DNA of 64,000 bases, from NCBI RefSeq assembly GCF_913773995.1, contig NZ_CAJYES010000033.1:17364-81363 (forward strand), given 5' to 3'. Below are positions 1 to 7,823 of the stretch, one piece after another. Within the stretch, counting starts at the first letter, position 1; each line of letters starts with the position of its first letter. A program made the position numbers and the translations under genes. The notes beneath the pieces were generated by a model, which saw only the letters and a list, made by a program, of their open reading frames with translations, was not told where the DNA came from and did not search any database. Origin of the DNA: an uncultured Pseudacidovorax sp. GTDB lineage: Bacteria > Pseudomonadota > Gammaproteobacteria > Burkholderiales > Burkholderiaceae_C.

Positions 1-2
1 GC

Positions 3-617
3 GTGGTGGCCGAGGTGCCCAGCGTCATCGTGACCGGCCCGGCGCTCAAGGACAAATCGCTCAAGGACCTGCTGGCCATGGCCCGCGCCAAGCCGGACGA
101 AGTGCAGTACGCCTCGTCCGGCGTGGGCACGACGAGCCATGTGGGCGCGGCACTGATCGAGTCGATGACCGGCGTGCGCATGACGCATGTGCCGTACAAG
201 GGCGCCGCCCCCGCACTGCAGGACGTGATGGCCGACCGCGTGCCGCTGTCGGTGGACATCATCACCTCCTCCCTGCCGCTGGTGACCAGCGGCAAGCTCA
301 ATGCCGTGGCCGTGACCGGTGCCAAGCGCGCGCCCAAGCTGCCCAACGTGCCCACGGTGGCCGAGGCCGGCATCCCGGGCTACGAATTCGTTTCCTGGTA
401 CATGCTGCTGGCGCCGGCCAAGACGCCCAGGCCGGTGCTGGAGCAGGTCAATGCCGAGTTGCGCAAGCTGGCCGCCCTGCCCGAGTTCCGCACGCGCATC
501 GAGGACACTGGCGGCCAGGTCGTCACGACCACGCTGCCGCAGGCCAACGACTACCTCAACGCCGAGTTCACGCGCTGGGCCAAAGTCGTCAAAGACCGCA
601 ACATCAAAGCAGACTGA
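3..617 (+). CDS. Bug/TctC-family tripartite tricarboxylate transporter substrate-binding protein (5' end outside the window)
   Basis: Bug motifs YASSGVGTTSH, HVPYKGAAPALQDV and PNVPTVAEAGIPGY; C-terminus WAKVVKDRNIKAD. Its stop overlaps the next ATG. Confidence 0.9.
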   Translation: MVAEVPSVIVTGPALKDKSLKDLLAMARAKPDEVQYASSGVGTTSHVGAALIESMTGVRMTHVPYKGAAPALQDVMADRVPLSVDIITSSLPLVTSGKLNAVAVTGAKRAPKLPNVPTVAEAGIPGYEFVSWYMLLAPAKTPRPVLEQVNAELRKLAALPEFRTRIEDTGGQVVTTTLPQANDYLNAEFTRWAKVVKDRNIKAD

Positions 618-1546
618 TGAACCAGCCTCACCCCGCCCAGCCCCGCGACTTCATCGGCTACGCCAATCGCCCACCCGCCGTGGCCTGGCCGGGCGGGGCG
701 CGGGTGGCGGTCTCCTTCGTGCTGAACTTCGAGGAGGGCGCCGAGTTCTCGGTGGCCGATGGCGATGCACGCAACGAGTCGGTGTACGAGGTGATCGACC
801 CGCGCACCGGCTGGGATCCGTGCATCGACAGCCACTTCGAATACGGCACCCGCGCTGCCTGGTGGCGGATCGCCGAGCTGTTCGAGCGCCATCACGCGCC
901 GATGACGGTGAGCGCCTGCGGGCGCGCGGTGGAGCGCAGCCCCTGGCTGGCGCAGGATGCGGTGGCCCGCGGGCATGAGGTCTCGGCCCATGGCTGGCGC
1001 TGGGAGAGCCATGCCGGCATGGCGCCCGCCCAGGAGGCCGCCGCCATGGACGCCTGCCTGGGCGCCATCGAGGCGGCCTGCGGGCGGCGGCCGGTGGGCT
1101 GGCACACGCGCTCGGCCTGCACGCCGAATACGCGGGCGCTGCTGGCCGAGCGCGGCTTCCTCTACGACAGCGACGCCTATAACGACGATGTGCCCTTCTT
1201 CGTGCCGGTGGCCGGCCGGCCGCACCTGGTGCTGCCCTATGCCTTCGACACCAACGACATGCAGTTCCAGCACACGCAGCGCTTCGCCACCGCCGCGCAG
1301 TTCGCCGAGTACGTCTGCGATGCCTTCGACTGGCTGCACGACGAGGGCGCCACACGGCCACGCATGATGTCGGTGGGACTGCACCTGCGCATGATCGGGC
1401 GGCCAGCACGCATGAAGGCGCTGGCGCTGATCCTCGAACACCTGCAGCGCCGCGGCGGCGCCTGGATCGCCACGCGCGAGCAGATCGCCCGCCACTGGCT
1501 GGCCCACGCTCCCCGCCCCGGCTCGGTGGCCACCGCCGCCGGATGA
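617..1546 (+). CDS. Polysaccharide deacetylase family protein, PuuE allantoinase-like
   Basis: PuuE-like segments RDFIGY, WPGGARVAVSFVLNFEEG, EYGTR, HGWRW, YDSDAYNDDVP, NDMQF and SVGLHLRMIGRP. Confidence 0.85.
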   Translation: MNQPHPAQPRDFIGYANRPPAVAWPGGARVAVSFVLNFEEGAEFSVADGDARNESVYEVIDPRTGWDPCIDSHFEYGTRAAWWRIAELFERHHAPMTVSACGRAVERSPWLAQDAVARGHEVSAHGWRWESHAGMAPAQEAAAMDACLGAIEAACGRRPVGWHTRSACTPNTRALLAERGFLYDSDAYNDDVPFFVPVAGRPHLVLPYAFDTNDMQFQHTQRFATAAQFAEYVCDAFDWLHDEGATRPRMMSVGLHLRMIGRPARMKALALILEHLQRRGGAWIATREQIARHWLAHAPRPGSVATAAG

Positions 1547-1609
1547 CGGCGTCCGCCGACAGGGATCGCGCGGATGGGCGTCCCGAGGGCCTGCGCTAAA
1601 GTCATCCGG

Positions 1610-2320
1610 ATGCATCCGACGGAAGAGGCCATCCACCGCACCCTGGCGCAGACGCTGCTGGCCGGGCGGCTCGCGCCCGGCACCCAGCTGGTGGAAACGC
1701 GCCTGGCGCAGATCTTCGGCGTCTCGCGCGAGCGGGTGCGCAAGGTGCTGCACCGGCTGGGCCACGAGCGGCTGCTGGACCTGATGCCAAACCGCGGCTG
1801 CTTCGTCAGCAACCCCACACTGGCGCAGGCGCGCGAGATCTACGACGCCCGCCGCATCATTGAAGGCGGCATCGTCGGCAGTCTGGCCGGCACGCTGAGC
1901 CCCTCGCAGCTAGAGGCGCTGGCCGAACACGAGCGGCGCGAGCATGCCGCGCTGCATGCGGGCGACCGCGCGGCCTCGATCCGGCTGTCGGGCGAATACC
2001 ACCTGCTGCTGGCCGAGTTCACCGGCAGCCCCTTCGTGGTGCGTCAGTTGCAGGAGCTGGTCAGCCGCACCGCCATGCTGGTGGCCTTCTTCGAGCCGGC
2101 CAGCGCCTCGGGCTGCGGCTGCGAGGAGCACGAGGCCATCGCCCTGGCCCTGCGCCGCGGCGATGCGGCCGGCGCCATGAAGGCCATGCAGGTGCACCTG
2201 TCGCTGATCGAGACGCGGCTCAAGCCCCGCGCCGCGCCCGAAGCCGAAGTGGACGCCGAGCAGGCCATCGCGGAGGCCTGGGCCGACGCCCAGGCCGGCC
2301 TGGCCCAGCCGGCCGCCTGA
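1610..2320 (+). CDS. GntR/FCD-family transcriptional regulator
   Basis: wHTH LAPGTQLVETRLAQIFGVSRERVR followed by an FCD-like domain (SGEYH, EHEAI). ATG 1610 chosen over 1574. Confidence 0.9.
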   Translation: MHPTEEAIHRTLAQTLLAGRLAPGTQLVETRLAQIFGVSRERVRKVLHRLGHERLLDLMPNRGCFVSNPTLAQAREIYDARRIIEGGIVGSLAGTLSPSQLEALAEHERREHAALHAGDRAASIRLSGEYHLLLAEFTGSPFVVRQLQELVSRTAMLVAFFEPASASGCGCEEHEAIALALRRGDAAGAMKAMQVHLSLIETRLKPRAAPEAEVDAEQAIAEAWADAQAGLAQPAA

Positions 2321-2384
2321 CCCCCGCGGGCACGGGCGCTGCTTTCTTCGACCGGCACCGCTGTCACCTTCACCGGGCCCTGCC

Positions 2385-3083
2385 ATGACCCAGACCGCTC
2401 CCGCCCTGCCGCCACGCCCCCGGCTGCTGGTGCTCAATCCCAACCGCACGGCCGCCATGACCGACGCCGTGCTGCACGAGCTGCGCCGGCTGACGGTCGG
2501 CCAGGTGGAGCTGCGCGGCTTCACCTGCGACGACGGGCCGCCGGTGATCGCCACCCGCGAGAGCTTTGCCGCCGGCGCCGCCGCCGCCGCCCGGGCCTGG
2601 CCCGCAGTGGACGACGGCTGGGCCGATGCCGTGCTGCTGTCCTGCTACGGCGACCCGGGGCTGGCGGCGCTGCGGGCCGCCAGCCGCGTGCCGGTGCTGG
2701 GCATGGCCGAGTCCAGCATGCTGCAGGCGCTGGCCCGCGGGCGCCCCTTCCACATCGTCACTGCCGGCAAGGCCTGGGGGCCGATGCTGCATGAGCTGGC
2801 CGCGCGCCACTCCAGCGCCTGGCCGCTGCTGCACGGCATCACCACGCTGGACACCACCGGGCTGGCCGGCAGCCAGAACCCGGCCGCCTTCTCGGCGCTG
2901 GTCCAGCGGGCGCTGGACGATCTGGCCGGCGCGCACCCGGGCGGCATGGCTCCCGACTGCATGCTCGGCGGCGCCGGCTTTGCCGGCATGCGGCCCACCC
3001 TGCGCTACGGCGGGCTACTGGAGGACGGGTTGCAGGCCGCGCTGGCGCAGTGGCGGCCGCTGCCGGTCACTCCGGCTTCCTGA
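2385..3083 (+). CDS. Asp/Glu/hydantoin racemase family protein (allantoin racemase-like)
   Basis: LVLNPN..MT, SCYGDPG and PVLGMAE motifs; the second motif reads LGGAG. Confidence 0.8.
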   Translation: MTQTAPALPPRPRLLVLNPNRTAAMTDAVLHELRRLTVGQVELRGFTCDDGPPVIATRESFAAGAAAAARAWPAVDDGWADAVLLSCYGDPGLAALRAASRVPVLGMAESSMLQALARGRPFHIVTAGKAWGPMLHELAARHSSAWPLLHGITTLDTTGLAGSQNPAAFSALVQRALDDLAGAHPGGMAPDCMLGGAGFAGMRPTLRYGGLLEDGLQAALAQWRPLPVTPAS

Positions 3084-3185
3084 AGCGAAGCTCACCTTCC
3101 GCTACCGGCGGCTTTGCGCCGGTCCGGCAGGCCTCGGCGGCTTGGTGCGCCGGCATACACGGGCACAGCTTGGCCCGTGTCGACC

Positions 3186-3245
3186 GCACACAATTTGCGC
3201 TCGCTCCGAGCGAAACAATGCTCTGGAAGTTGGCGCAGCCGCTGC
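3186..3245 (+). promoter_or_regulatory. Candidate sigma54 (-24/-12) promoter with an upstream NtrC-like half-match
   Basis: TGGCGCAGCCGCTGC at 3231-3245 has GG-N10-GC spacing, about 30 nt before ATG 3276. GCAC-ACAATTT-GCGC at 3186-3200 resembles GCAC-N7-GTGC. Both matches are imperfect. Confidence 0.35.
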
Positions 3246-3275
3246 CCATACTGCGGTCATCTTGTGCAGCGCATC

Positions 3276-4478
3276 ATGACTTCCGCCTTCCTTTTCCCCT
3301 CTTCCGACCTGCGCCCGCAACTGGCCGTGCACCGTCTGGCCATGGCCCATCCCGGCGATCTGTCGGCCCTGGCCGCGCTCTTCGACGCCGGCACCGTGGG
3401 CGCCGACGAGGTGGTGGCGGTCATTGGCAAGACCGAGGGCAATGGCGGCGTGAACGACTTCACCCGTGGCTACTTCACCCAGTCGCTGATGCAGCTGCTG
3501 GCCGAGCGCACCGGGCGGCCGGCCGAGGCGATCTGGCGCGCGCTGCCCTGCGTGCTCTCCGGCGGCACCGAAGGCGTGCTGAGCCCGCATTACGTGGTCT
3601 TCTCGCGCCGTCTGGTGCCGGCGCATGCGGCGCGCGGCGCCAGCACCGACGCCCCGGTCGACGCCCCCGCCAACGCCCGGACGATCAATGCGGCCTCCGC
3701 CGCCCTTGCCATCGGCACCGCCTTCAGCCCCCCGATGGCCGCTCAGGACATCGGCCGCTGGACCCATGTGCGCACGGTCGCCCAGGCCGTGCGCGCCGCC
3801 ATGGACCAGGCCGGCATCGACCGGCCCGAGGACGTGGCCTTCGTCCAGCTCAAGTGCCCCTGCGTCACCTCGGCCCGGGCCCAGGCGGCCGCGGCGGCCG
3901 GCCACACCGTGCTTACGGCCGATCCGGGTCGCTCCATGGCCTTCGCCCGGGCGGCGGGCGCTTTCGGCGCCGCCATCGCGCTGGGCGAACTGCCCGACGA
4001 CCCGGTGCTGGAAGGTGCGCTGCTGCAGGACTTCGACCGCTTCTCGGCCCGCGCCAGCGTTTCCTCCGGCGTGGAGGTGGAGGCCAACGAGGTGATCGTG
4101 CTCGGCCACAGCACCCGCTGGCAGGGCCCGCTGCGCATGGGCTGCGCGCCGATGCGCGACGCGCTGGACATCGCCGCCGTCGGCGAGGCGCTGCGCCCGC
4201 TGGGTCTCTCCGCCACGCCGCAGTTGCCGGCCGAGCAGGCCATGCGCGTGGCGGCCGTCTTCGTCAAGTGCGAACCCGATCGCCGCGGCCAGGTGCGCGG
4301 CGTCCGCCACACCATGCTGGACGACACCGACATCAATGCCCAGCGCCACATCCGCGGCGCCGTGGGCGGGCTGGTGGCCGGCGTGCTGGGCGATGGGCGC
4401 CTCTTCGTCTCCGGCGGCGCGGAACACCAGGGTCCGGACGGCGGCGGCCTGGTGGCCGTGATCGCGGCGGTCGCCTGA
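3276..4478 (+). CDS. atzD: Ring-opening amidohydrolase, cyanuric acid hydrolase/barbiturase (AtzD/TrzD) family
   Basis: Family motifs GKTEGNG.VNDFTRG, LSGGTEGVLSPH, VQLKCP, SMAFAR, SSGVE, FVKCE, RHTMLDDTDI..QRHIR and VSGGAEHQGPDGGG. The symbol marks the family; the substrate is not proven. Confidence 0.93.
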   Translation: MTSAFLFPSSDLRPQLAVHRLAMAHPGDLSALAALFDAGTVGADEVVAVIGKTEGNGGVNDFTRGYFTQSLMQLLAERTGRPAEAIWRALPCVLSGGTEGVLSPHYVVFSRRLVPAHAARGASTDAPVDAPANARTINAASAALAIGTAFSPPMAAQDIGRWTHVRTVAQAVRAAMDQAGIDRPEDVAFVQLKCPCVTSARAQAAAAAGHTVLTADPGRSMAFARAAGAFGAAIALGELPDDPVLEGALLQDFDRFSARASVSSGVEVEANEVIVLGHSTRWQGPLRMGCAPMRDALDIAAVGEALRPLGLSATPQLPAEQAMRVAAVFVKCEPDRRGQVRGVRHTMLDDTDINAQRHIRGAVGGLVAGVLGDGRLFVSGGAEHQGPDGGGLVAVIAAVA

Positions 4479-4483
4479 CACGC

Positions 4484-5884
4484 ATGACCGCCATGCACGC
4501 CTGGCAGATGAGCGCCGAGGCCCTGTCGCAGGCCTATGCGCGGCGCACGCTGTCGCCGGTGGAGGCACTGCTGTCCGTGCTGAGCCGGGCGGAAGCGGTG
4601 CACCCCGTCATCAACGCCCTGGTGGTGCGCGATGACGCCGCAGCACTGGCGGCGGCCCAGGCCAGCGAGGCCCGCTGGCGACGGGGCGCGCCGCTGTCGC
4701 CGCTCGATGGCGTGCCGCTCACCGTCAAGGACAACCTCCCCGCGACCGGCCTGCCCTGCCGCTGGGGCAGCCGGCTCTTCGCCGACCACTGGCCGGCGCG
4801 CGACGAAAGCCCCGTGGCGCGGCTGCGCGCGGGCGGCATGGTGATTCTGGGCAAGACCAACGTGCCCGAGTTCACCCTGCAGGGCTACACCGACAACCCG
4901 CTCTTCGGCCCCACCGGCAACCCGTGGGCCCCGGCGCTCACGCCCGGCGGAAGCAGCGGCGGCGCCGTGGCGGCCGTGGCGGCAGGCATCGGCCCGCTGG
5001 CCCTGGGCACCGATGGCGGCGGCTCGGTCCGCCGGCCCTGCGGCTTCACCGGGCTGTATGGCCTCAAGCCGGGTCGCGGCATGGTGCCGCGTGTCGATGG
5101 CCTGCCCGTGCTGCTGCCGGGGCTGGAAGAAGCGGGCCCCATCGCCCGCGGCATGACCGACCTGCTGCTGGCGCTGCGCCTGCTCGCGCCCACGCTGACG
5201 CCGCTGTGTGAAGCCCCCGGTCCGCTGCGCATTGCGTACTGGCGCACCATCGGCGACAGCCCGGTCGATGCGGCCATCCTGGCGCGCAGCGATGCCGCGG
5301 CCGAGCGGCTGCAGGCCATGGGACACACCGTGGTCGTGCAGCCCTCGCTTCCCGAAGTCGAGGCCTTCAACTGCCAGGCCTGGCCGGTCATCGCCAGCAC
5401 CGGCATGGCCGCCGCGCTGCAGGAGCGCATCGACGGCCGCGAGGACGAGCTCACACCCGCCATGGCCGCGCTGTTTGCGCAGGGCCGCAGCCACAGCGCG
5501 GTCGAGCTGTTCCAGGCCCAGGCGCTGCAACGCGCGCTGGCGCGGGCCTTGCAGGGCCTGTTCGCTCAGCACGACCTGCTGCTCACCCCGGCCAGCGCGG
5601 CCTTGCCCTGGCCCGCCGACCAATCCCATCCCACCACCATCGCCGGCCAGCCGGTGGACGGCCGCGGCCATGCCGTGTTCACCGCCTTCGTCAACGGCGC
5701 CGGACTGCCCGCGCTGGCGCTGCCGGCCGGCCCGACGGAAGAAGGACTGCCGGTCGGCCTGCAACTGGTGGCCCCGCGCGGTGGCGACGCGCTGCTGTGC
5801 GCCGTCGGCGCGATGTGGGAACGCGATGCCGCGCCAGCCTGGTGCTGGCCGCCTGCCCTCGACAAGGAAGAGATGCCCTCATGA
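4484..5884 (+). CDS. Amidase-signature family amidase
   Basis: PLDGVPLTVKDN (Lys), GKTNVPEF, PGGSSGG and GTDGGGSVRRP (Ser-cisSer-Lys triad). Real start is ATG 4484, not 3050. Confidence 0.92.
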   Translation: MTAMHAWQMSAEALSQAYARRTLSPVEALLSVLSRAEAVHPVINALVVRDDAAALAAAQASEARWRRGAPLSPLDGVPLTVKDNLPATGLPCRWGSRLFADHWPARDESPVARLRAGGMVILGKTNVPEFTLQGYTDNPLFGPTGNPWAPALTPGGSSGGAVAAVAAGIGPLALGTDGGGSVRRPCGFTGLYGLKPGRGMVPRVDGLPVLLPGLEEAGPIARGMTDLLLALRLLAPTLTPLCEAPGPLRIAYWRTIGDSPVDAAILARSDAAAERLQAMGHTVVVQPSLPEVEAFNCQAWPVIASTGMAAALQERIDGREDELTPAMAALFAQGRSHSAVELFQAQALQRALARALQGLFAQHDLLLTPASAALPWPADQSHPTTIAGQPVDGRGHAVFTAFVNGAGLPALALPAGPTEEGLPVGLQLVAPRGGDALLCAVGAMWERDAAPAWCWPPALDKEEMPS

Positions 5885-7254
5885 AGATCGTGATCGTGGG
5901 CGCCGGCGTGGCCGGTGCCATCCTCGCCCGCCGACTGGCCCGCCTGCCCGGCGTGGAACTGCACTGCCTGGAGCGCGTCGGGCCCGACGACCATGCCGAG
6001 GCCGGCACCGGACTGAACGTGGGCCCGAACGCCATCAAGGCGCTGCGCCGCCTCGATGCCGCGCTCGCGGCCGAGGTGGAGGCCGCCAGCCTGCCCTGGA
6101 CCCGCTGGGACATCGCCCTGACCGACGGCACGCCGCTGATGGCGCTGCCCCTGTCGCAGGTGGCCGACAACCCGGGCATCCGCATCCGCTGGTCGGAGCT
6201 GTACCGCGTGCTGCGCCAGGGCGCGGGCGCAGCCTTCCGCTATGGCTGCACGCTCGAATCGGTGGGCGCCAGCGAGACGGCGCCGGGCAAGACCCGCGTG
6301 CGCTTCACGCAGCACGGCGCCACGCACGAGATCGACGGCATCGACCTGCTGGTGGGCACCGACGGCCGCTACTCCCGCGTGCGCGAGACCTTCTCCGGTG
6401 CGCCCGAGCCGCGACACATCGGCGTCGCCATCCTGCGCGTGCTGGTGCCCGACACCAGCGCCGGCCTGGTGGACGACTACGGCCAGTGGTTCAGCGGCTG
6501 CCACCGGCTGCTGGCCTTCCGCGTGCCGCCGGACCATGTCTACATCGCCGCCACCTACCCGGTGGCACCCGGCGCCCCGGTACAGGACGCGTGGAAGACC
6601 GAGGCCGTGATGCGAGCCACCTACCAGCCTGCCCAGGGCGAGGCCAGCCCCGCCGTGCGCTGGCTGCTGGACGCCATGTGCGCCCAGTTGCACGACGCGC
6701 ACTGGGCCCGCATGCAGGAGGCCGACGTGCGCTTCGCCGAGCCCGAGGTGGACGTGCTGTACCTGGGCGACAGTGCCCACGGCATGGCGCCCACGCTGGG
6801 CCAGGGCGCGACGCAGGCCATGGAAGACGCCTGCGCCGCCGCGCTGATCGTGGAGGACGCCTGGGCCCGCGGCCAGCGCACGCCGCGCGTCTGGCTCGAC
6901 CGCATCGCCGAGGCCCGCACCGAGCGCCTGCGCTTCGTGATGGACCTGTCGGTGCGCGCCACCGACACCATGCTCGACGGCGCCGACCCGGTGGCCGGCA
7001 CACGCTGGAAGACCCAGGCACCCTTCCAGGCCGAGCTGGCGGCGCTGTTCCGCGACGTGGCGCTGGGCGTGCCGGACGAGGCCCAATGCCAGTCAGCGAA
7101 TCACAGTCCGTTCGGGCTGAGCCTGTCGAAGCCGGGCGCAAGCCCTTCGACCCTTCGACCCTTCGACAAGCTCAGGACAGGCCAAGCTCAGGACAGGCCA
7201 AGCTCAGGGCGAACGGGTGATCCGACTGGCAGGGGGCCAAGGCCCACGGCCTGA
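5881..7254 (+). CDS. Group A FAD-dependent monooxygenase (salicylate/urate hydroxylase-like) with a repeat-derived C-terminal tail
   Basis: MKIVIVGAGVAG Rossmann motif, DG motif (GTDGRYSRVR) and GD motif (LGDSAHGMAPTLGQGATQAMED). The ATG overlaps the amidase stop. Confidence 0.88.
   Translation: MKIVIVGAGVAGAILARRLARLPGVELHCLERVGPDDHAEAGTGLNVGPNAIKALRRLDAALAAEVEAASLPWTRWDIALTDGTPLMALPLSQVADNPGIRIRWSELYRVLRQGAGAAFRYGCTLESVGASETAPGKTRVRFTQHGATHEIDGIDLLVGTDGRYSRVRETFSGAPEPRHIGVAILRVLVPDTSAGLVDDYGQWFSGCHRLLAFRVPPDHVYIAATYPVAPGAPVQDAWKTEAVMRATYQPAQGEASPAVRWLLDAMCAQLHDAHWARMQEADVRFAEPEVDVLYLGDSAHGMAPTLGQGATQAMEDACAAALIVEDAWARGQRTPRVWLDRIAEARTERLRFVMDLSVRATDTMLDGADPVAGTRWKTQAPFQAELAALFRDVALGVPDEAQCQSANHSPFGLSLSKPGASPSTLRPFDKLRTGQAQDRPSSGRTGDPTGRGPRPTA
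7108..7216. repeat. REP-like palindrome, expanded copy
   Basis: Left arm CCGTTCGGGCTGAGCCTGTCGAAGC. The right arm contains CCCTTCGA x3 and CAAGCTCAGGACAGGC x2 before CAAGCTCAGGGCGAACGG. Confidence 0.9.
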
Positions 7255-7286
7255 TTCCTGCTCGGCCTTCTGCAACGCACCACCCC

Positions 7287-7823
7287 ATGAACAACGCTCT
7301 CACCCACGGCCTCTTCCACCTGGCCATCAAGACCGCCGACCTGGCTGCCACGAGCGCCTTCTGGATCGGCGTGATCGGTCTGCGTGAAGTACCCCGGCCC
7401 GACTTCGGCTACCCCGGCGCCTGGCTCGCCTGCGGCCAGCCGGGCGGGCAGGCCATCATCCACGTCTATGCCGGCGGCCCGGCCCTGGGCGGCCAGGCCA
7501 GCGTGCCGCAGGGCACGGCCGCCATCGACCATGTGTCGCTGGCCTGCAGCGGCTACCACGCCTACATCGCGCGCTTCCGCGCCGCAGGGCTCGCCTGGCG
7601 CGAGTTCTTGGTGCCCGGCACCACGCTGTGGCAGCTCTTCGTCTACGACCCCAGCGGCGTGCAGCTGGAGTTGACCTTCGAGGGCGCCGTCGAAACCGGC
7701 GCGCCGCCCGACATGTCGCCCGGCCGCGTCTACCGCGCCGGCGAATCCTTCTTCGACACCGCCACCTATCCCACCCTTTCCCTGAACACACCCTCCGGAG
7801 AACCCGCCCATGCTTCGCACTGA
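7287..7823 (+). CDS. VOC (glyoxalase/dioxygenase superfamily) protein
   Basis: FHLAIKTADL, PGAWL, IIHV, IDHVSL and QLFVYDPSGVQLEL, with the His/His/His/Glu pattern of VOC proteins. Confidence 0.85.
   Translation: MNNALTHGLFHLAIKTADLAATSAFWIGVIGLREVPRPDFGYPGAWLACGQPGGQAIIHVYAGGPALGGQASVPQGTAAIDHVSLACSGYHAYIARFRAAGLAWREFLVPGTTLWQLFVYDPSGVQLELTFEGAVETGAPPDMSPGRVYRAGESFFDTATYPTLSLNTPSGEPAHASH

Noticed and set aside
3050-5884. 944-aa ORF suggesting a large amidase fusion
   Set aside because: The first 478 codons overlap the atzD-family gene in another frame and give Arg/Gly/Ala-rich nonsense. The amidase begins at ATG 4484. Long stop-free frames are expected at this GC content.
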